64,000 nt of DNA from Fibrobacteria bacterium. GTDB taxonomy: Bacteria > Fibrobacterota > Fibrobacteria > UBA11236. This document shows, one piece after another, positions 1 through 7,178 of the stretch. The stretch's first letter is position 1. Every line of letters begins with the position of its first letter. The position numbers and the translations under genes were made by a program. The notes under the pieces are model-generated. The model had not been told where the DNA came from. It searched no databases and worked only from the letters and a program-made list of their open reading frames with translations. The stretch lies in assembly GCA_043732185.1 (NCBI GenBank), contig JAYTHY010000023.1:32001-96000 (forward strand). Direction: 5' to 3'.

Positions 1-2
1 AT

Positions 3-1262
3 GGCTTTGCTTTGGTTCGCAAAGTGAAACAAATTCAACCTGACCTACCTGTATTCATCCTAACTGCCCATGGATCCTATGATGTTGCCCGTAAGGCCCA
101 AACTATCGGCGCGGACGATTATTTACTCAAACCAATAAATCCTGATCAATTGCATGCGGCCTTGTCCAAGACTTTGGAAAAAAGTTTTCTCAAGCATTCA
201 GGCCCTCTGGCTAAACTCGGTGAATCGGGATATGCAGCCAATCATATCACGGGTTCGTCAAAACCCTTGCAGGACGTATTCAGGCTGATTGAAACCGCGC
301 GCACCTCTCGCGGACACGTACTTATTCGTGGGGAAAGTGGTACTGGAAAGGAATTGGTGGCCCGCGCCATTTACACCAATGAATCGGCCAATGCCAATAA
401 TTTTGTCATCGTCAACTGCTGTACGATTTCGGAAGGGCTGATTGAAAGTGAATTGTTCGGTCATGCACGTGGTGCTTTTTCCGGCGCCGTATCTGACCGC
501 GAGGGACTTTTTGAATTAGCCGAAGGCGGCACCATTTTTCTGGATGAAATTGGCGATATCCCCTTGCGCAGTCAAACCAAACTGTTGCGCATCCTACAAG
601 AAGGCGAATTCCGTCGTGTCGGCGAAAATAAAATTCGGCATGTGAATGTCCGTGTCATAGCCGCGACCAACCGCAATCTGGAAGAAGCCATCAAACAGGG
701 TCATTTCCGGGAAGACCTCTATTATCGATTGAACGTGATACCCATTCACCTTCCGCCGCTCCGCTCCCGGATGGAAGACGTTCCGCTTTTAGTTCGGCAT
801 TTTCTGGCCAAACATCAAAAGCGCAACCCTGCCAAGGTCGGTATCAACGACCAAGCCATGGAAGTTTTAATGGCCTATAGCTTTCCAGGCAATATCCGTG
901 AACTGGAAAACGTCATTCAAAGGGCCATATCTTTTGCCCAGGGCGCATTCATTACTAAACCCGAAATTGAATCCTATTTAAAAGGGGCGGCCACTGGACA
1001 GCCCTTGGTGGTGGCACTGGACTACTTAACCTATCCAACCCTTAAAAGTCACTTACAAAAAATCGAACATGACTTTATACTCAGCAAATTAAAAGCATGC
1101 GATGGAAGCGTTTCCGATGCGGCCCGAATGATGCAAATTACCCGTACTGCTCTGCACAATAAGCTGAAAAAGCTGGGAATTAAAAGTAAAGAAATGAAAC
1201 AGTTGCCGGAGGTGAAACCCATGAAAGCCGGCCCAATTCCAGCCAAATTCAAGACGCCGTAG
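3..1262 (+). CDS. Sigma54-dependent response regulator (NtrC family: receiver, AAA+, Fis-type HTH); 5'-truncated by window edge
   Basis: Frame is open from base 3 (GFALVRK..) in mid receiver domain (LTAHG, YLLKP). Walker A GESGTGKE, ESELFGH-x-x-GAFSGA, Walker B IFLDEIG, RVIAATNRNL, FREDLYYRL, FPGNIRELEN, C-terminal HTH (AARMMQITRTALHNKL). Confidence 0.95.
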   Translation, partial: GFALVRKVKQIQPDLPVFILTAHGSYDVARKAQTIGADDYLLKPINPDQLHAALSKTLEKSFLKHSGPLAKLGESGYAANHITGSSKPLQDVFRLIETARTSRGHVLIRGESGTGKELVARAIYTNESANANNFVIVNCCTISEGLIESELFGHARGAFSGAVSDREGLFELAEGGTIFLDEIGDIPLRSQTKLLRILQEGEFRRVGENKIRHVNVRVIAATNRNLEEAIKQGHFREDLYYRLNVIPIHLPPLRSRMEDVPLLVRHFLAKHQKRNPAKVGINDQAMEVLMAYSFPGNIRELENVIQRAISFAQGAFITKPEIESYLKGAATGQPLVVALDYLTYPTLKSHLQKIEHDFILSKLKACDGSVSDAARMMQITRTALHNKLKKLGIKSKEMKQLPEVKPMKAGPIPAKFKTP

Positions 1263-1295
1263 GGAGTCGATTACACCTTTGCGGGGCAGGGTGAC

Positions 1296-1547
1296 TTAAA
1301 GGGCGGAAACCAATTCGTCCTGAAGAACAGGACCTGCCAACAACTGGCCAAGCTCCTCGATTGAGCCAATGGGAAAATTTCTGGAGCCCAAGAAGTCAAA
1401 AAGATCGGGCAAAGAGACCTTGCGAGGCCCACGCCCAATTCGGAACGACCGCAGCTGCTTGCGCTCAATCCAGGCGATCACGGTTTTTGGACTGACTTCG
1501 CAAATCCTGGCTATTTCACCCGTTGTTACAAACTTCTTATTAGTCAT
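1296..1547 (-). CDS. Small excisionase/MerR-like helix-turn-helix DNA-binding protein
   Basis: TTGEIARICEVSPKTVIAWIERKQLRSFR is an HTH_17-type pattern. ATG at 1547 has GGAG upstream; the ORF track extends to 1601. Confidence 0.75.
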   Translation of the reverse strand: MTNKKFVTTGEIARICEVSPKTVIAWIERKQLRSFRIGRGPRKVSLPDLFDFLGSRNFPIGSIEELGQLLAGPVLQDELVSAL

Positions 1548-1721
1548 CGATGGCTTCTCCCGTTGTCTCTTGGTGCATTTCCGGATTTTTCCGGATGCCA
1601 TGATATCAATAAGGTAACAAGCAAGGTCAAACCTCTCAAGATACTGGAAGAAGGATAGTTTACATTTTTCTTACGCCTGTATTTAGGTCCGCGCTTCAAA
1701 TCCTTGAGAACCTGGTTTGCT

Positions 1722-1737
1722 TGGCACGCTCTTTGCC
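1722..1737 (+). promoter_or_regulatory. Putative sigma54 (-24/-12) promoter upstream of obgE
   Basis: TGGCACG-CTCT-TTGCC. GG(1723-24) and GC(1735-36) are at canonical spacing, 27 nt before the obgE ATG (1764). Confidence 0.6.
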
Positions 1738-1763
1738 AATCTTGGTTTACTAGCTTTACGGCC

Positions 1764-2759
1764 ATGTTCATAGACGAATCAAAATTGGAAGTACACGCGG
1801 GCCATGGTGGCAAGGGAATGGTCAGCTTTCGTCGCGAGAAATTTGTGCCGCGTGGCGGACCAAACGGTGGCAATGGTGGACGCGGTGGACACGTCATACT
1901 GCGTGCCACATCGGAAATCCATACGCTCTATGATATTGGCAACCAGAGGGTCTTTAGGGCCGAACATGGAGAATCCGGAGGTACATCACTGTGCACTGGA
2001 CGAACCGGAAAAGATGTTGTGATTAAGGTGCCCATTGGAACGCTGGTCAAGGACTTGGAAACCAGTGAACTTCTGGTTGATTTAAATACAGACGGCCAAA
2101 CCTATACGGCCGCTGAAGGCGGCCGAGGCGGAATTGGCAATGCAGCGTTCAAAAGCAGCACAAATCGGACCCCAAAAGAATCTAAACCCGGTGTGGCTGG
2201 AGGCTCTCGTAAACTAAGCCTTGAGCTTAAATTAGTTGCGGACTGTGGATTAGTCGGATTTCCCAATGCGGGGAAAAGCTCGCTTCTGCGCAAGCTTTCC
2301 TCGGCCACTCCAAAAGTTGCCGATTATCCCTTTACGACCCTTAAACCTGTACTGGGTTTGGTGGCCTTAACTCCCGGGAAAAGCTTTGTCCTTGTGGATA
2401 TTCCAGGATTGATCGAAGGGGCTGCCGAGGGCAAAGGGCTTGGACATCAATTTCTTCGCCATGTAGAACGGAGCTTCTGTCTGGCCTACATCCTCGATGT
2501 GAGCGATAAGGATCATTACCAGCATTATTTGACTCTACGGGCAGAAATGGAAAAGTTCCAACCCTTATTGGTGACAAAGCCCAAGATCATTGTGTTGAAC
2601 AAAATTGATTTGGGCAAACCTAAAGTGGATAAGCGGATTAAAAAGGAAGGTTGCCCGATCTTCCTGACTTCCGCCTTAACAGGTGAAGGTTTGGCGGAAT
2701 TTAAATCGGGAATCCGAGAAATGATCGGTGAAAAAGGCATTCGCCAAGCGGGTTGGTAG
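1764..2759 (+). CDS. obgE: GTPase Obg/CgtA
   Basis: MFIDE start, SFRREKFVPRGGPNGGNGGRGG, LELKLVAD, G1 GFPNAGKS, YPFTT, DIPG, NKID. Confidence 0.97.
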   Translation: MFIDESKLEVHAGHGGKGMVSFRREKFVPRGGPNGGNGGRGGHVILRATSEIHTLYDIGNQRVFRAEHGESGGTSLCTGRTGKDVVIKVPIGTLVKDLETSELLVDLNTDGQTYTAAEGGRGGIGNAAFKSSTNRTPKESKPGVAGGSRKLSLELKLVADCGLVGFPNAGKSSLLRKLSSATPKVADYPFTTLKPVLGLVALTPGKSFVLVDIPGLIEGAAEGKGLGHQFLRHVERSFCLAYILDVSDKDHYQHYLTLRAEMEKFQPLLVTKPKIIVLNKIDLGKPKVDKRIKKEGCPIFLTSALTGEGLAEFKSGIREMIGEKGIRQAGW

Positions 2760-2773
2760 CCACTTGGTTGGAA

Positions 2774-3232
2774 TTAATTCTCGTCGTAGGTGCGCTCTAC
2801 TTCTTCGCGGTCTTTCTTCTCAACAATTTCATTACTGAAGTTACGGTCGATGGGCAGGGCATTTAAATCAGGATTGGTATTGTCCAAAATGTAGACGGCT
2901 GAGGGATTATCCAACCAGCCTACGACCTCAACGTCTTTAAGGTTGTGGGTTCCGCCACTAGTTACTTTCACCCTCTCAACAGTACCATTGTCTACCCAAC
3001 CTTTGATGCTCCCGGTTGTTTTAATAAGCGAACGGGCCTTTCCTTGCTTCAGAATCGAAATTTCATCCCCAGCTCCCAAATCCATTACTTTTTCGGCTTC
3101 CTCGGATTGCTCATTTTTATAGACGGCTGCTCCGCCTGATTTGATTCTAGTGACAATGGTCGATTCCGTTTTATCCTTGGAATAAACGAAAGCCACTAAC
3201 GTGAAAACGAGAAAAGCCGCAATTTTCTTCAT
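2774..3232 (-). CDS. Secreted protein with SH3-like domain and acidic C-terminal tail
   Basis: N-terminal signal peptide (MKKIAAFLVFTLVAFVYS). SH3b-like ..GDEISIL..IKTTGSIKGWV. AGGAAGG RBS upstream. Confidence 0.7.
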   Translation of the reverse strand: MKKIAAFLVFTLVAFVYSKDKTESTIVTRIKSGGAAVYKNEQSEEAEKVMDLGAGDEISILKQGKARSLIKTTGSIKGWVDNGTVERVKVTSGGTHNLKDVEVVGWLDNPSAVYILDNTNPDLNALPIDRNFSNEIVEKKDREEVERTYDEN

Positions 3233-3478
3233 ATAACCTTCCTAATAACCGGTTGGAAACAGAACCGGTTGAATAGCAATATATAGTGAAGGATAGAAAT
3301 TCACAAGGCCCTGATTAATTAATTTACGCGATATTTAACACTTTAAGCCTAATTTTCAGTGGCCAGGTCAGTTCTATCCCAGAGGCCTGGTACGGACCTC
3401 CTTTTCACTCGCATGAATCCTTCCGAGTCATGAAAAACGGTAATTTTGGGGTACTTCTCCTTTTATATCACCTAGCGA

Positions 3479-3508
3479 TTGCATAGAAAATTGAGGGAAA
3501 GGTATAAT
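3479..3508 (+). promoter_or_regulatory. Putative sigma70 promoter of the motor/polysaccharide operon
   Basis: TTGCAT(3479-84), 18 nt spacer, TATAAT(3503-08), 39 nt before ATG 3548. Confidence 0.5.
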
Positions 3509-3547
3509 CATCCCAATCTTAGGAATGTGTTCAGCCAAAGGAATTTT

Positions 3548-4225
3548 ATGCAAATCCTGATGAAAATCGCCAAATTTATTGATGAAGGCGGTGCAGTTGA
3601 ATATTTAATCTTAGGGCTTCTGGGCCTAGGCATGTCCGTTATTTTGGAACGAATTTGGTTCTTTTTCATTAAATGCCGTGTCAATTCCAAAAAATTACTC
3701 GGCGATACCACGGCATTGATCCGTAAGGAAAAAGTAGCCGAGGCGCGAAAACTATGCAATCAGACTGGGACCCCACTTGGGCTCATATTGGAAGCCGGAA
3801 TTTGGAAATATGAACAGGCCGCGACCGCGGAAGAAATAAAAGATGCACTTGAAGAGGTAGCTCTCAGAGAGGTTCCCCGACTGCAAAAAAGGACCCACTA
3901 TCTCGGTTTGTTGGCCAATTTGTGCACACTGGTAGGTTTGCTAGGCACGATTTTTGGGTTACAAGAGGCATTTTCCGCCTTGGAATCCGCCGATCCCTCT
4001 CAAAAAAGCAAATTACTGGCTCGTGGAATAACCCTGGCGCTAAATGCCACGGCATTGGGTCTCATCTCGGCGATGATTTGCATGTCTGCTTTCACATGGC
4101 TGGGGTCCAAAGCCAATAATTTACTGGAACAAATTGATGAAACCGTTCTGCGCTTGGTGAATTTCCTGAACGCCCAACGCAAGGCAAATCCTGACCGGAA
4201 ATCGGGGATAGGCCAAGCGGGATGA
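3548..4225 (+). CDS. MotA/TolQ/ExbB (AglR-like) proton-channel subunit
   Basis: Three TM segments; ILER after TM1, TLVGLLGTIFGL, ARGITLALNATALGL. Start ATG 3548 or 3560 (track start 3479 overlaps the promoter). Confidence 0.93.
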   Translation: MQILMKIAKFIDEGGAVEYLILGLLGLGMSVILERIWFFFIKCRVNSKKLLGDTTALIRKEKVAEARKLCNQTGTPLGLILEAGIWKYEQAATAEEIKDALEEVALREVPRLQKRTHYLGLLANLCTLVGLLGTIFGLQEAFSALESADPSQKSKLLARGITLALNATALGLISAMICMSAFTWLGSKANNLLEQIDETVLRLVNFLNAQRKANPDRKSGIGQAG

Positions 4226-4737
4226 GCATTAATAAGCAGGGTAGAGGTATAAGCAAAGGTGGACTCACAGGAAAAGGTGGGCCTTCCGAAACGGAAGCCA
4301 TTGACATCGACATGACGCCGATGATGAACATGCTTATCATCCTTATCTCCTTTTTGGTGACCATGGTGGTTTTTACCCAGCTCGCCGTAATCAAGTTTAA
4401 CCTTCCTCCATCTGGTCCCGGAGAAGGCAGTGCCGAATCGAAACCGGATACCGCCACCCACCAGGACGTAGACATTACGGTGCTCATTTCCGAAAACGGT
4501 TTTCAGATTATCGGCGAAGGTCGCAAGCTCGATCCAATTCCTAAAGGGTCCAAAGGCTATGATTTTTCCAAGCTGGGGAAATTCATGAAAAGCCTTAAGG
4601 ACGAGTATCCGACTGCGGAAAGTGTGGTGCTCTTGATCGATTCCACCATTATCTATCAGGACATCATCAGCGCCATGGACATCGTTCGGGAAAATAAATT
4701 CCCCAACATCCTGCTTTCGGGAGGCGTTTACCAATGA
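4222..4737 (+). CDS. ExbD/TolR family protein 1 (TM Asp replaced by Asn)
   Basis: IDMTPMMNMLIILISFL TM segment, C-terminal Y-x-D-I-I-x-A-M-D motif. ATGA overlap with exbB. Confidence 0.9.
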   Translation: MSINKQGRGISKGGLTGKGGPSETEAIDIDMTPMMNMLIILISFLVTMVVFTQLAVIKFNLPPSGPGEGSAESKPDTATHQDVDITVLISENGFQIIGEGRKLDPIPKGSKGYDFSKLGKFMKSLKDEYPTAESVVLLIDSTIIYQDIISAMDIVRENKFPNILLSGGVYQ

Positions 4738-5225
4738 GCATCATCCGGAAAAAACGCAAAGGCGGAAACGAGTTTGCCAAGCCGCAAATGACATCCCTGG
4801 TGGATGTGCTCACGGTTCTGGTTTTTTTTCTGCTCAAGAATTTTTCCACCGAAGGAGATATTATGACTCCTTCCAAAAATCTGGAGCTGCCAGAAAGCAG
4901 TGCTAAAGCAAAACCGGAAATTGGACTGGTTATAGCCATCAGTCAAAAACACATTATGCTGGAAGGTGCGCCTGTGGCGCTGGTCAGCGAAGAACAAGAA
5001 CGCGCAGGCACGGAAATCCCCGGACTCGCGCAAGCCTTGGATGAAAAGCGAAAACAAACGGAATCTATTGCCGAGTATGACAAGAACGTATCCTTCGATG
5101 GAAAATTATCCATACAAGGCGATCGCAATATCCCCTACTGGCTGCTGCAAAAAGTGCTTGCCACTTGCGGAGAAAACGGATACAGCAGTTTTGCCCTTGC
5201 CGTGAGTAAAAAAGATGTCGACTGA
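4734..5225 (+). CDS. ExbD/TolR family protein 2 (AglS-like)
   Basis: MTSLVDVLTVLVFFLLK TM with conserved Asp, LELPESS, IQGDRNIPY. ATGA overlap with previous gene. Confidence 0.9.
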   Translation: MSIIRKKRKGGNEFAKPQMTSLVDVLTVLVFFLLKNFSTEGDIMTPSKNLELPESSAKAKPEIGLVIAISQKHIMLEGAPVALVSEEQERAGTEIPGLAQALDEKRKQTESIAEYDKNVSFDGKLSIQGDRNIPYWLLQKVLATCGENGYSSFALAVSKKDVD

Positions 5226-6255
5226 AAACCTACCGGAAAAACCCAAGGGAAACCCTCCCAACCCCAATAAGGGTGGCTATAAGGGAGGATTATTCGATCA
5301 AATCGATGTTCCATCCATTGCCAGTTTTTCGATCTGTTTTCTGTTTTTTGTGCTGGTAATATTTGGCGTGAAATCCATCGACTATAGTGATTTAAACAAA
5401 ACCTCACTATCAGACCTGTCCGATAGAGTGGCAAAAATCATCATGCCATTAAAGCCCATTGGCAAACCCGTTGCGAAGTCACCACTTAAAGGAAAAGGCT
5501 CCTCCAAGGGCACCAGCACATCCAGTGTGAAGGGCGGGGACGCCTCGGCATCCGCACGAATTGAACGGTCTCGAAAAACGGTAAGTGAACAAATCGGTGT
5601 TGTCCAAGAGCGTATCACCAAGGCCGCCGTTTTATCCATACTGTCCGGAAAGGGACCGGGAACCCAGGGAAAGGCGGTTGGCAGACAGCCTAAGAGCCAA
5701 GGTTTTTCGGGCTTCGGGGACCTTGATGAAAAGCTAGGTTCCATGGAAGGATTAACCAAGTTTGATGGTAAAAAAGGAAACATCAACCAGGATGGTCAGC
5801 CGCCGGAAAACAGTCGCGGCGACAACGTTGGAACAACGTCCGGGATTGACAAATTGGTGAAAGGATTCCAGAATGCTAAGAGGAGCACTTTGCAAAAAAT
5901 AGGCGTAGCCGAGTTTGAAAAACCAGAACTCTTGGAACGAGCCTCGGACAAATTTACCGGTAAACGGAGCCTTCAGGAAGTTGCGGCATTCATCAATAAA
6001 AAGCAGTCCATGGTGAGCATGTTATACGAAGAAAGACTGAAAGTAAACCCGGCTCTGGAAGGGAAAGTAACTGTAGTGCTAGTCATTGAAGAGGATGGCA
6101 GTGTTTCATCTACAACCATGTTGCGAAATGAAACTACTCTTGATGATCCTGACTTTGTTGCGGATTTGCTTCGTCGAATCAAACGGTGGATTTTTCCACC
6201 TTCGACCGGTGGTCCTGTGCAAATGAAATCACCATTCGTATTCAGGCCAAGTTGA
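5215..6255 (+). CDS. TonB-like energy transducer with AgmX/PglI (GltG-like) C-terminal domain
   Basis: Single N-terminal TM, G/K/S-rich linker, C-terminal YEERLKVNPALEGKVTVVLVIEEDGSV..IKRWIFP..PFVF. Confidence 0.82.
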   Translation: MSTENLPEKPKGNPPNPNKGGYKGGLFDQIDVPSIASFSICFLFFVLVIFGVKSIDYSDLNKTSLSDLSDRVAKIIMPLKPIGKPVAKSPLKGKGSSKGTSTSSVKGGDASASARIERSRKTVSEQIGVVQERITKAAVLSILSGKGPGTQGKAVGRQPKSQGFSGFGDLDEKLGSMEGLTKFDGKKGNINQDGQPPENSRGDNVGTTSGIDKLVKGFQNAKRSTLQKIGVAEFEKPELLERASDKFTGKRSLQEVAAFINKKQSMVSMLYEERLKVNPALEGKVTVVLVIEEDGSVSSTTMLRNETTLDDPDFVADLLRRIKRWIFPPSTGGPVQMKSPFVFRPS

Positions 6256-6266
6256 TAGGAAAGTCA

Positions 6267-7178
6267 ATGCGAAATATATTCTGTTTTTCCCTTGTTTTCC
6301 TCCAGATTGCTGCTTTGTTAGCTGGTCCACATGTCGAAGCAGCTATTATTAAAGCTGGGATGACACTAAATATCGTCGTCAAAAACGACAAGGAGCTATC
6401 CGCCATCGTAAGGGTGAACGACAACGGAACCATCGATTATCCCCTTTATTCGGATGTTTCGATTATCGATAAAACTACGGGTGAATTACAGGATATCCTG
6501 ACCTACAAATTAGCTAAAGTGGTGGAATCACCATTGGTGCTGGTTGGAATTATGACGGAGACGCCCATCTCTATCATGGTATTGGGACAGGTCAAAAAAC
6601 CTGGACTGGTTACTATGTCACCGAAATCAAGCATACAGGAAGTTTTATTGATGGCGGGCGGCACAACCGATCAATCCGATCTACAACAAGTAAAACTGGT
6701 GCATAAAAATCAAGGAGACGAAAATGCAAGTTATTATGATCTCCAAAAATTCATGTCTTCCGGTGACCTGTCATTGCTCCCTACCTTATCTGATGGCGAC
6801 CGAATCATTATACTGTCTTCAAAAAAATCAAAGTATGTAAAGATATTGGGTGCAGTAAATAAACCAGGCTTCTACCCTGTAACAGAAGCCGCCGGCGTCT
6901 TCGACATGCTCTATTTAGCTGGTGGACCAAGCCCTGACGCTAACATGTCCAAAGTGCGCATTATTTCCGCTCCGGGAGGCCAGAAGGCCGATTTTGTTCT
7001 TGATATGCAAAAATTCATTGATGAAGGCAAGACAGAAAATCTACCCCTACTTTCGGAAGGAGATATGGTAATTGTCTATGCAAAAATCGTCACGTTGACA
7101 AAGACCCTGGAGATGGCGCGGGATATTGTTGCTCTGCTTACCGCCTGGTATATCATAACTTCTGTGGTTAAGAAGTGA
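6267..7178 (+). CDS. wza: Polysaccharide export protein (Wza/OPX, SLBB repeats)
   Basis: Poly_export motif VRVNDNGTIDYP, two SLBB repeats (VLGQVKKPG..AGG; ILGAVNKPG..AGG), C-terminal amphipathic helix. ATG 6267 starts a signal peptide. Confidence 0.88.
   Translation: MRNIFCFSLVFLQIAALLAGPHVEAAIIKAGMTLNIVVKNDKELSAIVRVNDNGTIDYPLYSDVSIIDKTTGELQDILTYKLAKVVESPLVLVGIMTETPISIMVLGQVKKPGLVTMSPKSSIQEVLLMAGGTTDQSDLQQVKLVHKNQGDENASYYDLQKFMSSGDLSLLPTLSDGDRIIILSSKKSKYVKILGAVNKPGFYPVTEAAGVFDMLYLAGGPSPDANMSKVRIISAPGGQKADFVLDMQKFIDEGKTENLPLLSEGDMVIVYAKIVTLTKTLEMARDIVALLTAWYIITSVVKK

Noticed and set aside
1296..1601. Excisionase-like gene as evidence of a prophage or ICE
   Set aside because: No integrase, att repeats or phage genes. 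Flanks are housekeeping and regulatory genes.
4000..4734. 244-aa - strand ORF
   Set aside because: Antisense to exbB/exbD with no recognisable features.
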